From contig OZ024747.1 of NCBI GenBank assembly GCA_964016885.1, positions 9,486,001 through 9,550,000 on the forward strand: a stretch of DNA of 64,000 bases, in the 5' to 3' direction. Positions 48,400 to 61,827 of the stretch are shown here, piece after piece (position 1 is the first letter of the stretch; every line of letters starts with the position of its first letter). This DNA is from Eledone cirrhosa (lineage: Eukaryota). Made by a program: the position numbers and the translations under genes. The notes beneath the pieces are model-generated. The model was not told where the DNA came from. It worked only from the letters and a program-made list of their open reading frames with translations, and searched no databases.

Positions 48400-48595
48400 T
48401 TGTCCAGGGGAAAGGCAATGACCGATACAGCTTGGCACCAGTGACGTCGCAACTCATTTTTACAGTTGAGTGAACTGGAGCAACTTGAAATAAAGTGTCT
48501 TGCTCAAGAACACAACGCATCACTTGGTCCAGAAATCGAACTCGCAACATCACTATTGTGAATCCGACACTCTAACCAGTAAGCCATGCGCCTTA
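48400..48595 (-). mobile_element. SINE family 2
   Basis: Reverse complement of the tRNA-like head and CTTGAGCAAGACACTTTATTTC core. Confidence 0.75.
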
Positions 48596-48959
48596 CACAG
48601 ACAGAGAGAGGGGGGAAGTGATCATCTGAGTACACAGGTGAAACTCCAGAGTAACAAACCTCATCACTTAACCATAATAAAGAATATCAATCCAATATAT
48701 GTATACACACACACGCACACACACACACACACACACATACACACACACATACACATATATATATAACAAAGAGGATGTGGTAAGATACCAGGTGGACCAT
48801 AACGCACCAGAGTACTCGATACGTAGGGTAGTAGAGTGGGTAATAGGTAGTGTCAGAACACTGACAGCGAGATCCGTTCTGTTGAAACTGCCGGAGCTCA
48901 GCCGTCGGGGTCCTGACTCTTTTCCCATATATATATACGTAGTAGAAACAATCACTATT

Positions 48960-49325
48960 AGGTGGATTGGCAGTATTGGTAGAAGGTCGGACGCCATGCC
49001 TTGCAGCATAGAGTTACGGTCCTTTATGGTTTAAGTTCAAATGCCGTTGAAGTTAATTTTGCCTTTCATCCTTATAGGGTCGATAAAGTAAAGTACCAGT
49101 AAGGCACTGGGATAATTGCTGCCCTTGTGCCCAAAGTAGAAACAATTATTATGAGGCATAGAGTTACGACTCTTTACAATTTGAGTTCGAATCTCGCCAA
49201 GGTTAGCTCTACTTTTCATCCTTACAGGGTCAATAAAATTAAAGTACCAGTAATTCACTTGGGTCGATTTAATCGACTTACCCCTCCCCCAAAATTGTCG
49301 GCCTTGTGCCTGATTCAGAAACCCT
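48960..49325 (+). mobile_element. Two tandem SINE family 1 copies
   Basis: Core sequence occurs twice. Confidence 0.8.
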
Positions 49326-49596
49326 TATTTTTGTTGTTGTTGTTATAATCATTATTATTGTCACTACTAACAAGTTTATGTTAGAAGTAACTGTTAAATC
49401 ACCATAAAATTACATTCCATCGTTACATAATGTAACCCTAGATACACTGTCTGAATATTTGATACGGTGGTCACGATTGGAACGTCTTTGATCATAATCT
49501 CCTCTGTCATGGCTAAACAACACCGACACTAAGCGACGTTTTACAGAGAGTAGTTTTTCCTATAACACCGCCTTACTGTTTGCACGCCTCGAAAGC

Positions 49597-49675
49597 ATGT
49601 CTACAGAATTAAACGAGCTTTTCCAGTCGGGACCAGTAACAGCCCTGGAAATAATAGGGGACACTGTTTTAGCAG
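49597..49675 (+). CDS. WDR6: WDR6 exon 1 (MSTELNELFQSGPVTALEIIGDTVLAG)
   Basis: PVTAL...LAG resembles the WDR6/Trm734 N-terminus; phase-1 donor matches exon 2. Confidence 0.75.
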
Positions 49676-50789
49676 GTATTACATCACCTCACCCTTCTTA
49701 CTTGTTTTTATGTGTTGACACAATTAAACTGACTCGAAGACTTAGTTGTTTTTGTTGATACATACATGCTGCTCACACGGCTTTATATATTATATATCAA
49801 CATATTTTCTAACATATCTACCCATGTACACACACTTGGTATTAAACTACCTTTTCGTCAACATTATTTGTGTGTGTGGATTTCTTATAGCTCTCTCTTT
49901 TTCAGATCTGAGGTTGTTTGTAACATTTATTTACTGATATTACATTTATTTACTGATATTACAAGAGAGCCATTCCTATCAATGTCTGGAAAAACGACAT
50001 CGAATTAGCAGTCTTAGGGCGTAGGACAGAATACCTTGTGTTATTGATTCCGACTCTCTGCTCTCTTTGTTTAAATCCCATCAACTTTTCATTGCGTCCT
50101 TTCAGGGTTGATAAGACATAGTACCAGTCCAGGGCGATGTGTTGGCAAAGTTGTTATGATGTTGGACAAGATGTCTTTCGGTGTTAGAACCGGTTGTTTA
50201 CTTTCTGAGATAAAATCTTGTGGCCTACTTGTGTAGTAGAGTTGATCTGTCCCCTTGTTTAACACCGCCACCACCTGGTCCCTGGGAGCATTTAACAGAA
50301 TCCACTCTACGTCTCTAGTTTGAGGATACCGTCCTTCTAAAACACAAAGGGCCATAACACCTACCCTTTCTTCTCTGACTAAATGGTAAAAAAATAATCT
50401 GAAATCCTCTATTTTATGGAGATGAATGATGTGTTTACTGCATTGTGGGAAAATGTGTTAGTATACCACTAGGAAGAGTTAGATTCCATTTCAGGATAGA
50501 TAACTTTGACAGTCCACCATCCACTGCCAAAACAACAAAGACACCCCATTTAGATCTATGAGATATTGATCTATCATAGGTGTTGTTCGTCATTTACACA
50601 TCTTTGCCATATATTATTGATCTGTCTCCCATCTGTGTCATATCCTGGGCATGATATCTATGACTTGTACTATGATCATCTCAGATATTGGTTAATATCT
50701 ACACATCTATGACCTATACCAGGTATTTACAAATCTACAACAGATACTTATTCTAGGTACTGGTTATAATAATAATAATAATAATAATA

Positions 50790-51215
50790 ATGGACAAGAA
50801 ACTGGAACAATAGACCTGACCTGGTGGTTTTGGACAAGGAAAAAAGATTGTGCCTGATTGTGGATGTGGCCTGCCCATTCGACTTGAGAGTGCAAGAGAA
50901 GGAGAGGGAGAAAATTAACCGATACCAGGACTTAAAGTGGGAGGTAAAAAGGATTTGGAACTGCCATGAAGTCAAAGTGGTCCCGATTGTCATAGGCGCA
51001 CTAGGTACTATCTCAAAAAGTTTCCAAGGATGGTTAAAGAAAATATGCCCCGCCCCGCTTTTTGGAACGCTTCAAAAGGCATGCTTGCTAGGAACAGCAA
51101 GAACCCACTGATACGTCCTGAATATCTGAGGCTGCAGGTAGTGGCTTGATATTCATTTCAACAAACTTTCCAGTTAACTAACATCAATGACTGAGACTCA
51201 AAGAACAATAAGAAT
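50790..51215 (+). mobile_element. 5'-truncated R4/Dong-like retrotransposon (RLE domain) next to (TAA)n
   Basis: RPDLVV...IVDVACPFD...EKINRYQDL...VVPIVIGALG...LQKACLLGTA. Confidence 0.75.
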
Positions 51216-51584
51216 GACATCATTGTGTACAGTGCTCAGGTGCACTACAACTTATATACACATCTATCTGAGGTATTTCTACATCTATGACAATCCTAAG
51301 TATTGATTGTTATCGACACATCTGTGACTTCTATTGTGATCTATGATATTTATTGGTTATTTACACAGCTATGCCTTTATCTACACAGCCATGGCATACA
51401 TTAAGATCTATTGTAAGTATTGGTTGATATTTTATTATCTGTCCTAGATATTGGTTATAATCTATGCCTTATGATCTATCTTAGGTATTGGTTGCTATCT
51501 ACACATCTATGACTTATATTATGATCTATCTTAGGTATTGGTTGCTATCTACACATCTATGACTTATATTATGATCTATCTTAG

Positions 51585-51683
51585 GTATTGGTTGCTATCT
51601 ACACATCTATGACTTAATCACAACGCAAATAATAGAATACACCAAAGTTTTACCTCATCATAATATTCACGGCATTGAAAAAG
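51585..51683 (+). CDS. WDR6: WDR6 exon 2 (GIGCYLHIYDL...HNIHGIEK)
   Basis: 99 nt, phase 1-1, donor GTAAGT. Confidence 0.8.
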
Positions 51684-51818
51684 GTAAGTTATATATATAT
51701 ATCTCCCTCCATTTACAGACTGTCACCACCACCACTACACTGTAACCTAACCTTATCTCTCCTCTTCCACAACACACCACCACACTAATCTAACCATATC
51801 CCCCTACTCCTTTTACAG

Positions 51819-51900
51819 ACCACCCAACCACCACCACAGATACTCTGCTATGTATTTATGGTCAGAAGTTACTCACTATTGCCTCCTACTCTGGCAAAAG
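51819..51900 (+). CDS. WDR6: WDR6 exon 3 (...LLCIYGQKLLTI...)
   Basis: AG/GT boundaries, phase 1-2. Confidence 0.75.
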
Positions 51901-52041
51901 GTAGATATTTTATTTATATTATTATTTTATATATTTGTTTCAATGCTGCTGATGATGATAATATTTAAATTTTTGGTTTTTGGTTCCAGTTTACCATTAA
52001 ATACACTGATTCTTTCCACTGTCTTCTTTTTCTCTCCACAG

Positions 52042-52108
52042 AATCACAGAGAAACTCCAAAGTCGGGAATTCCATGACTGGATTTGGGATGTACGATGGC
52101 TGACACAA
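52042..52108 (+). CDS. WDR6: WDR6 exon 4 (FHDWIWDVRWL)
   Basis: DWIWDVRWL motif; phase 2-0. Confidence 0.9.
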
Positions 52109-52142
52109 GTATGGGGGACTTTACCAACTTCTAATGTCTTTG

Positions 52143-54172
52143 ATACATATGCACACATAAAACTGCACATATATATATACATATGCACACATAAAACTGC
52201 ACATATATATATACATATGCACACATAAAACTGCACATATATATATACATATGCACACATAAAACTGCACATATATATATACATATGCACACAAAACTGT
52301 ACATATATATATATGCACACATAAAACTGTACATATATATATACATATGCACACATAAAACTGTACATATATATATACATATGCACACATAAAACTGTAC
52401 ATATATATATACATATGCACACATAAAACTGTACATATATATATACATATGCACACATAAAACTGCACATATATATATACATATGCACACATAAAACTGT
52501 ACATATATATATACATATGCACACATAAAAATGTACATATATATATACATATGCACACATAAAACTGTACATATATATATATACATATGCACACATAACA
52601 CTGTACATATATATATACATATGCACACATAAAACTGTATATATATATATACATATGCACACATAAAACTGTACATATATATATACATATGCACACATAA
52701 AACTGTACATATATATATACATATGCACACATAAAACTGTACATATATATATACATATGCACTCACCTGCACATATATATATATACATATGCACACATAA
52801 CACTGTACATATATATATACATATGCACACATAACACTGTACATATATATATACATATGCACACATAAAACTGTACATATATATATATATACATATGCAC
52901 ACATAACACTGTACATATATATATATACATATGCACACATAAAACTGTACATATATATATATACATATGCACACATAACACTGTACATATATATATATAC
53001 ATATGCACACATAAAACTGTACATATATATATACATATGCACTCACCTGCACATATATATATATACATATGCACACATAAAACTGTACATATATATATAC
53101 ATATGCACACATAAAACTGTACATATATATATATATACATATGCACACATAAAACTGTACATATATATATATACATATGCACACATAACACTGTACATAT
53201 ATATATATACATATGCACACATAAAACTGTACATATATATATACATATGCACACATAAACTGTACATATATATATACATATGCACACATAAAACTGTACA
53301 TATATATATATATACATATGCACACATAACACTGTACATATATATATACATATGCACACATAAAACTGTACATATATATATACATATGCACACATAAAAC
53401 TGTACATATATATATACATATGCACACATAAAACTGTACATATATATATACATATGCACACATAAAACTGTACATATATATATACATATGCACACATAAA
53501 ACTGTACATATATATATACATATGCACACATAAAACTGTACATATATATATACATATGCACACATAAAACTGTACATATATATATACATATGCACACATA
53601 AAACTGTACATATATATATACATATGCACACATAACACTGTACATATATATATATACATATGCACACATAAAACTGTACATATATATATACATATGCACA
53701 CATAAAACTGTATATATATATATACATATGCACACATAAAACTGTACATATATATATACATATGCACACATAAAACTGTACATATATATATACATATGCA
53801 CTCACCTGCACATATATATATATACATATGCACACATAAAACTGTACATATATATATACATATGCACACATAAAACTGTACATATATATATACATATGCA
53901 CTCACCTGCACATATATATAAATATGCACACATAAAACTGTACATATATATATACATATGCACTCACCTGCACATATATATATACATATGCACACAAAAC
54001 TGTACATATATATATACATATGCACTCACCTGCACATATATATATACATATGCACACATAAAACTGTACATATATATATACATATGCACACATAAAACTG
54101 TACATATATATATACATATGCACACATAAAACTGTATATATACATATGCACTCACCTGCACATATATATATA
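52143..54172. repeat. Intronic minisatellite of about 34 bp (ATACATATGCACACATAAAACTGTACATATATAT)n
   Basis: Direct reading; source of the spurious 634-aa ORF. Confidence 0.95.
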
Positions 54173-54174
54173 GT

Positions 54175-54357
54175 AATAATTGTTTCTGCTTTTGGCACAA
54201 GGCCAGCAATTATCCCAGTACATTACTGGTACTTTATTTTATCGACCCGGTAAGGATGAAAGGCAATATTAACCCTGGTGGGATTTGAACTCAGAATGGG
54301 AAGGGCCATAACTCTTTGCTGCAAAGCATGGCGTCCGACCCCCTACTGATACTGCCA
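54175..54357 (-). mobile_element. SINE family 1
   Basis: Family consensus. Confidence 0.85.
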
Positions 54358-54390
54358 CAAAAATCAAAATCCGTAGAGGGCTAGATAATG

Positions 54391-54428
<38 letters not shown>

Positions 54429-54525
54429 CATATATATATTATTTATTATTAGTACAGATTAAAGTTTAAGCAAATAATTTCTGCTTTCACCCTATACGGG
54501 ATCTCCTGAATATATATATATATAT

Positions 54526-54852
54526 GGCTTAGTGGTTAGAGCATTGGCCTTGCAATCGAAAGGTTGTGAGTTCAATTCTCAGACCGGGTGATGTGTTGTT
54601 TCCTTGAGCAAGACACTTTATTTCACATTGCTCCAGTTTACTCAGCTGTAGAAATGAGATGATAGGGACTGGGGTCCCTATCATTCCACTGCAAAGTGGT
54701 CGTGGAGGTGCCACGGCAAAAAAGCACCCAGCACTCCCTGTAAATGAGGTTGGTGTTAAGAAGGGCATCCAGCTGTAGAGATCAAGCCAGAATCAGTTCC
54801 CGTCCCACCCTTGCAAGCAGGGAAAAGCGGACGTAAAATGAAATGATGAAAA

Positions 54853-54856
<4 letters not shown>
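54526..54856 (+). mobile_element. SINE family 2 with an RTE-derived 3' tail
   Basis: tRNA-like head; tail CCCACCCTTGCAAGCAGGGAAAAGCGGACGTAAAAT is identical to the LINE end near 56573. Confidence 0.85.
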
Positions 54857-54890
<34 letters not shown>

Positions 54891-54926
54891 ATACTTTGGG
54901 AGGGTCATGTTGCCAATTCAGAAACG

Positions 54927-54963
<37 letters not shown>

Positions 54964-55404
54964 TAACAGATTAAAGTTTAAGCAAAGAATCGCTGCTTTC
55001 ACCCTTAAGAGTAAAAGCAGCGATTCTTTGCTTAAAATTTAATCTGTTATTTTAATAAATATTTGCTCTACGTTTTTATATATTTGATATATATTTATCC
55101 TTATTGAGCCCTCTTTGGATTTTAGTCTTCAAATTTATTATTATTACTATATATATATATACAAGAATAATTTTGAATTTGATAAATTAATTTAAATTTT
55201 GAATTTATTAACTTTTAGTTTGATGATTTGATTGAATATTTTAATAATTTTGAATTTAACAATTTTAAGTTTGATAATTTAGTATATTTTAAAAATCAAT
55301 AATTTAATATAATATTGTAGAATCAATTGATTTATGTAAATTTTGTTCAGTTCCTGATTTTTCTGTTTGTCTCTTTAAACTGTCTCTCTCTCTCTGTCTC
55401 ACAG

Positions 55405-55523
55405 ACTGACCAATGTCCAAACATGTGTGTTGCTATTACATTGGGCCATAATGTCATTGTACACTGGAACTGGACAACTGACCAAATTCTCAATTCTGTC
55501 CACTGTCAGGAACAATGTATTCT
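55405..55523 (+). CDS. WDR6: WDR6 exon 5 (...ITLGHN...HCQEQCIL)
   Basis: Phase 0-2; followed by U12-type donor GTATCCTTT. Confidence 0.85.
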
Positions 55524-56004
55524 GTATCCTTTTAGTATACCTCTCATTCTCTGACTGTTCATATCTCTCTCTCACTCTCTCTCTCTCTCTAAGTGCCCCT
55601 TCCTCTATTAAGATATTATTTGAACACAAGTGACTCCCCCTCCATCCATATAAACAGCAATTACACTCATTAATTACATCACACTAATTTTGACCTGCTA
55701 GAAAGAGCAGCCAAGTCTCACTCAAATCACACCCTAAATAAAGAAGGGCCTATTAGATAATATATCCCTACATACCCTAATATTGTTGATCATACATCTG
55801 CTGGATCAGTATTGGCCTGGGGCTAAAGAACAAGGGATGGCTCATTAGATAATGTAGTTCTTGGTACATTATGTCTGAATATAAGATAAACTGATCACAG
55901 TTTTAACACTTTTAATCATAGGTCTGTTGGGTCAGGGCTGACCTAGGGTTAAACAACACCAACAACAATATATATATATATGTAATCCTTAAGTGATTAA
56001 TCAG
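55524..56004 (+). other. U12-type (minor spliceosome) GT-AG intron
   Basis: Donor GTATCCTTTT; branch-point-like TCCTTAAG at 55986-55993; no polypyrimidine tract; splicing restores CILYSA. Confidence 0.85.
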
Positions 56005-56164
56005 ATACTCTGCCCATTTTATAGGGGTCAGTTGGGACCAGCTGTTGTTAGCTTCTGGTACAGTGTTTAACCAGGTAGTTGTGTGGTCACCTGTGGTCAA
56101 TACAACAGTTGACCAATCAGGACAAACCATCAGTAAACCATTGCAGTACTACACTGGACATCAG
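56005..56164 (+). CDS. WDR6: WDR6 exon 6 (YSAHFIG...ASGTVFNQVVVW...TGHQ)
   Basis: GTVFN motif; phase 2-0. Confidence 0.9.
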
Positions 56165-56184
56165 GTGAGATGGGTTGTTTTTTT

Positions 56185-56634
56185 TACCTCTACTATGCTG
56201 CATGGTAGTGAGACTTGAGCAGCAACTGCAGAGGATATGCGACGGCTGGAGAGAAATGAGGCAAGAATGTGCAATGTCAATGTGTGTGAACGACCTAGCA
56301 TGGATGTGCTGAGAGAGAAACTGTGTCTGAGAGGGATAGAATGTAGTGTGCGAGAGAAGAGACTGCAGTGGTATGGACATGTGATGCGCATGGTGGATGA
56401 CCGATGGGTGAAGAAGTGCCAGGAAATGCCAGTTGAAGGAAGACGTGGTAGAGGTAGACCACGAAAAACATGGGCGGAGGTGGTGAGAGCAGACCTCAGA
56501 TTGCTGAAGCTCACGGTGGAGATGACGAAGGACTGTGACAAGTGGAGAGATGCTGTGCTGAATAAGACCCACCCCACCCTTGCAAGCAGGGAAAAGCGGA
56601 CGTAAAATTATGATGATGATGATGATGATGATGA
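56185..56634 (+). mobile_element. RTE LINE 3' fragment with (ATG)n tail
   Basis: RLQWYGHVMRM...VEGRRGRGRPRKTW; related scraps near 58840, 59760 and 60394-60620 (minus). Confidence 0.85.
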
Positions 56635-57594
56635 CTCATACCTCAACTCCACTCCAACCTTTCTTTACATCCACTCATACTTTACCTCCACTCATAAGTA
56701 TATTGCTCCTATCATTTTGTGGGTGACTGCAGGGGATGGGGCAATATTCATAATTTTCTGCCAAAATTTATTTGTAGGGTGCAGTTGTACACCCCCCCCC
56801 CCATCCCCCAGGAATATGCCACTGCCTCCACTACCACATTAACATCACTGCTACATTAAATTCACTCATACTCCACTCCCACTACCACCTCACCTCCACA
56901 ACCACTTTACCTCCACTTACACCTCACCTCTACCCATACTTTATCTCCACTTACATCTCACCTCCATTATTACCTCCACTCATACTCCACTCCCACTAAC
57001 ACCTCACCTCCATTATTAACTTACCTCCACTCTTACTCCACTCCCACCTCACCACCATTACTACCTTACCTCCACTCATACTTCACCTCAACTCCACCTC
57101 ACCACCATTACTACCTTACCTCCACTCATACCCACTCCCACTACTACCTTACCTCCACTCATACATAACCTCACCTCCACTCTTCTCTCCACAGAATTAT
57201 TTTACAGTAAAGCTATATTTTCATCCACAACTAATTCTCTTCCCCTCTGTTTTACATAGTTACACTCAACTATCATATATAGAAGTACTCCCCCCCCCCC
57301 AATCCCACCCTCACTTGTCTTACATAGTAATAAAGTTACACTCAACCCTGATATATAGAAGTACACCCCTTCCCCACCCTCACATGTCTTACGTAGTAAT
57401 AAAGTTACACTCAACCCTGATATATCAAAGTATTCCCCACTCCCTCCCTCACATGTCTTACATAGTAATAAAGTTACACTCAACCCTGATATATCAAAGT
57501 ATTCCCCACTCCCTCCCTCACATGTCTTACATAGTAATGACTTGATAAGGTTACACTCAAGCCTGATTTTTATTGTTTCTATTCTTCAACACAG

Positions 57595-57828
57595 GGCGTG
57601 ATTTTCTCCATCCATTATCATGAACATCAACAACTGATGTGTAGTGTTTCTGATGACCGAAGCATCCGAGTGTGGAAGCTTAGTTTCCCAACAAAGACTA
57701 CTCCAGGTTCTGTTCTGCCCGAGGATTGGGCAGGGGCCACATCTGAAATTGTCCATGTCTTATATGGTCACTCGGCGAGAGTATGGAGAGCTCAACTGAT
57801 GACCACTGGAATCATAAGTATTGGAGAA
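57595..57828 (+). CDS. WDR6: WDR6 exon 7 (GVIFSI...SVSDDRSIRVW...YGHSARVW...SIGE)
   Basis: WD40 motifs typical of WDR6; 234 nt. Confidence 0.92.
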
Positions 57829-58485
57829 GTGTGTAAATTTTATTTAGCTTTACAGCACTCTTCTTAAGCAAGGGTGCATAACTCTACAACAATCTGCCTG
57901 ACTGACAGAAACATGTAGTTTTATTAGTTGGTTTTTGCTTGTTTATATTAAAGATGTGACAAAATCTCCATTACTGAAATAGCTGACATTATAGCTTTGA
58001 TTAAACATCTTCATGTATGTGTTTTAGGAAAATGTATGCCTATTAACTTTTAAAAAGCATTTGGCTACAATAGTACTTACATTTACATTAAAAGGAGGGT
58101 TGTACCATGATACCTTATCTTGCCAGTTTGAGTTGTTATAGTTATTACATTATAAATGTTCTCTATAAAACCACTCTTTCATATGGCATCAAAAAACAAA
58201 AACAATCTGCATTTAATTTCTAAAGTGATCAATAAAATAAGTATCGACTAAATCCCTTGGAAAACGTGCTCCAGCATGGCCACAATCCATTGGCTGTAAC
58301 CAGTAAAGGAATACAGATCTTCATGTGGGTTTTACAATACAGTAAATATAAAGAATCGCTGATGTCAAGTAAGACTAAAAAAAATGATCTGGAATTTTAA
58401 AAACAAAGAAAATATTTCTAAATTAATTTTAATTATTTTATCAAAGAAATTCTTTAATGTCTGTTTTTTTATTCTCTTTTCCCAG

Positions 58486-58548
58486 GATGCAACTTGTTGT
58501 ATTTGGGATGGAGAAGGTGAAATAATTCAGAAATTCAAAGGTCATAAG
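58486..58548 (+). CDS. WDR6: WDR6 exon 8 (DATCCIWD...FKGHK)
   Basis: 63 nt, phase 0-0. Confidence 0.9.
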
Positions 58549-58999
58549 GTAGGTCAATGGTCAACTTGATTTGTATTGTTTCTGTGGTTTACTTTTCATC
58601 TCTGTTTCATATCACTTCACACCATCACCTCTTAACACTACCTCACATTACTATTTAACACCACCACCTCATACCATCACCTCACACCACCACCTCTCAC
58701 CATCATCTCACACCACCACCTTACACCACTACCTCACACCACCACTTCACACCACCACCTCACACCACCACCTCACACCACTACCGCATAACAATACCTC
58801 ACACTACCACTAAATAACCCCACCTCATAACAAGTAATCCCAGTGGAGGGAGGCCACAGTAGAGGAAGACCTGGATGGAAGTGATGAGAGCTGATCTCAT
58901 ATCACTAAAGCTTGTAGAGGAGATGACAAAGGAATACAACAAGTGGAGAGATGTATATGTGTCTGTGTGTCTATATAATAATATATTGTTTTATTTCAG

Positions 59000-59047
59000 G
59001 GCAAGAGTATCTGGAGTTTGGCCTTGAATGAAGATGAAACTATTGCA
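59000..59047 (+). CDS. WDR6: WDR6 exon 9 (GKSIWSLALNEDETIA)
   Basis: 48 nt, AG/GTGAGT boundaries. Confidence 0.88.
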
Positions 59048-59387
59048 GTGAGTAAACATGGTTTTATTTCTATATTCTGCCAGGAGTTGCAACTGATAGA
59101 TAGTATCAGCAATGGAAAGACTAATGGAAACATTGTGTCCTTGGTTCAATTTGGTGAGTCCCACCCTACTTGGTATACAAATGATGTCTGGAATCTTGTT
59201 GATCAATTTGATCGATCGATTGATTTCTATAGTATTGTCAATGTATTTAGTAATGGGGAAGGACAGTTCACACTACCGATATAGACTCCACTCCCTTGTC
59301 AGATTGGTGGGGGGGGCGTATGTTCATAGATTGTCTTTTTCTTACAATAGTGACATTGATGTGTGTTATGTTGTGTTCAATTCCCAG

Positions 59388-59495
59388 GTAACTGGTGGTG
59401 GTGACTGCAGTATTCGGGTTTGGAATATTGGAGATGTGGAACAAAGAGCCAGAAATTTTAGCAAGACACACCTGAGACTGGATAAGTCTATCTTG
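59388..59495 (+). CDS. WDR6: WDR6 exon 10 (VTGGGDCSIRVW...)
   Basis: WD motif; 108 nt. Confidence 0.88.
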
Positions 59496-60059
59496 GTAAT
59501 GTGGTTTTATTTTACAAACACTCATATACACATCATCATCATCAACAGTAGATTATATGGTTTCTAATGATAATAACATACAGTCGTAGAAACCTTTCCA
59601 AACAAAGGGTTGGAGGTCCCTCAGTTGTGCCAGACATGACGTCCTCTCCTGTGCACTTGGTGGAACGGGGGACTGTATGTAAGTGAGACACAGGTCCCTG
59701 GCTTACCTGGGGGATCAGTGGCTCCACTTCAGTACTGTCTTGGTTTGTGAGGACCCGTCCAACCCTCACTAGCAGGGAAAGTGGATGTTAAAACAACAAT
59801 GATGATGATGATATATATATATAATCATCATCATCATTTTATGTTTGCTTCCATGCTTGGATGAGTTGTAACGGTCTGAGACAACATGAGTCATGTTTCA
59901 TTATTTGGCAAGGGTTCTATGACTGGATGTCCTTCCCAACACCAACTACATTACAGAGTGTATTGGCTGTGTTTTTTGTGTGCATGTATGTAATACAAAG
60001 TTCTAAAGTATACAGCCAAGCTTGTACATAAGTCTTTTATTATATATATCTTTCTCTTT

Positions 60060-60242
60060 GGATTGGCAGTATCGGTAGAGGGTCTCACGCCATGCTTTGA
60101 CGCATAGAGTTACGGCCCTTGCCATTCTGAGTTCAAATCCCGCCGAGGTTAACTTTGCCTTTCATTCTTACGGGGTCGATAAAATAAAGTACCAGTAATA
60201 CACTGGGTAATTGCTGGCCTTGTGCCAAACGTAGAAACAATT
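60060..60242 (+). mobile_element. SINE family 1
   Basis: Family consensus; TCTTTCTCTTTG duplicated on the flanks. Confidence 0.85.
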
Positions 60243-60690
60243 AAATATTTCTTTCTCTTTGTTTTCACTATTATGGACTAAACTACTACATGTATTATAA
60301 TATAATTTGTTACACAACAACAAACCACAAAATCATTTCCTGCTGAAACAGAGGTTGGCCTTGTGATCCCATGACAAGCTTCTCCATTTTATCTTAATTT
60401 CTGTATATCCTCTCATTAACCCCATGGCTTTCCTCCATCATCTTTAGCCATGTTTTTCTTGGTCTTCCCATTCCTCTACATCCTTCCACATTCATTTCTA
60501 TCACTCCTTTCACCCAGTCACTTTCATCCTTTCTCAACACATGACCCACCCATCTTGTTCTATTTCTCTCCACAACATACATCACAGTCCCTAACACTGG
60601 TGCTGTCTTATGTTTCAACATTTAAGCCATATCATAACCCAAACCATTACATGCTGTGTTCAATGTTATGTTTATGTTTTCATATTTTAG

Positions 60691-60773
60691 TCAAACACAA
60701 CAAAGGAAAATGACTTCCCACGTTCAGTATCACATTTAAACTTCAACACAGTCTTAATTAATGCCAACAGTGG
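60691..60773 (+). CDS. WDR6: WDR6 exon 11 (SNTTKENDFPRSV...NSG)
   Basis: Phase 0-2, donor GTAAGT. Confidence 0.75.
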
Positions 60774-60915
60774 GTAAGTTGATTAATGACTAAATACCTT
60801 AATCATGTTGCATCTTCTTTTCTTTATTCCTTTATTTGCTCCCTCAGTCTTCACACTCCCTCTATCTCCCTTACATTCTCCTCCCTCTACTAACACACTC
60901 TCTCTCTCTCACCAG

Positions 60916-61070
60916 GTTACTCTACCTCTACTGTCAGTCTCATCTCAAGTGGAGAGTAATCGGAGGTGATGACACATTTATGTCATACTCCTGTATGGCC
61001 GTGTCACATGATACTCAGGCTATTGTGATGGGCAACCTCTATAGTTCTCTGGTGGTCATTTTACCCACGG
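60916..61070 (+). CDS. WDR6: WDR6 exon 12 (...FMSYSCMAVS...MGNL...)
   Basis: Phase 2-1, donor GTAAGT. Confidence 0.8.
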
Positions 61071-61678
61071 GTAAGTATATACTCTCATTATTTGTGGCTC
61101 TTTCTTTTTAACTCTGTAATGGTTTAGTAGAAAATATATAAAAATGGGTTTGTTAATTCAAATGTTGATAGTATCTTTGCTAGTAGACAGGTTGTTAAAA
61201 TTTGCAGTTATCTAAAGTAAAGACTTTAATTTTGAATATGATGAAGAAACATGCTAATGTAGTTTCATGCAGTGCAGGATGTTAAGAGTTAAATACTCAA
61301 TATTGTGGTGTAGAGTTAGATTATTGAGGTGCTGTATATAGTCTGTGGTGGGAGGCAGTAATATTTTCCATTAATAATATAATTGAATATCCTTTCTGAG
61401 CCTATAAGGTTCCTGCCTGCTAATCGATTCCCTAGATATCAATGGAATAGACTGTAATATACACACATACACATACACACACATATATATATATACACAC
61501 AGGCACACACACTACACACACACATCATAAACACAAAGGTATCCAGCTATAAAACAAAACTACCTCAGAAAGCCCTGCTAAACCCATGCCTATTTGAAAT
61601 GGTAAATGTAATAGATGATAATAATGAACATGATGATAATGTTTATTCATTTGTTTTCTCTTGTACCTGTTTTATTAG

Positions 61679-61827
61679 CAGATGAGATGATCAGTAAAGA
61701 TATGTGTCATTGCAGCAGTAACTTTGTCTCTTCTAAACCATTCCAAGTTTCATCTGTTGGAAAGATCTATAGTATCCATTGGTTGACAGACACCAAGATA
61801 TTGGTCTCTGAACACGATGGCAATCTG
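61679..61827 (+). CDS. WDR6: WDR6 exon 13 (...GKIYSIHW...DGNL); NAGNAG acceptor TAGCAG, alternative start 61682
   Basis: Phase 1-0; both AGs keep the frame. Confidence 0.8.

Noticed and set aside
51997-54209. 634-aa and other long ORFs
   Set aside because: Translations of the 34-bp intronic minisatellite, open in several frames
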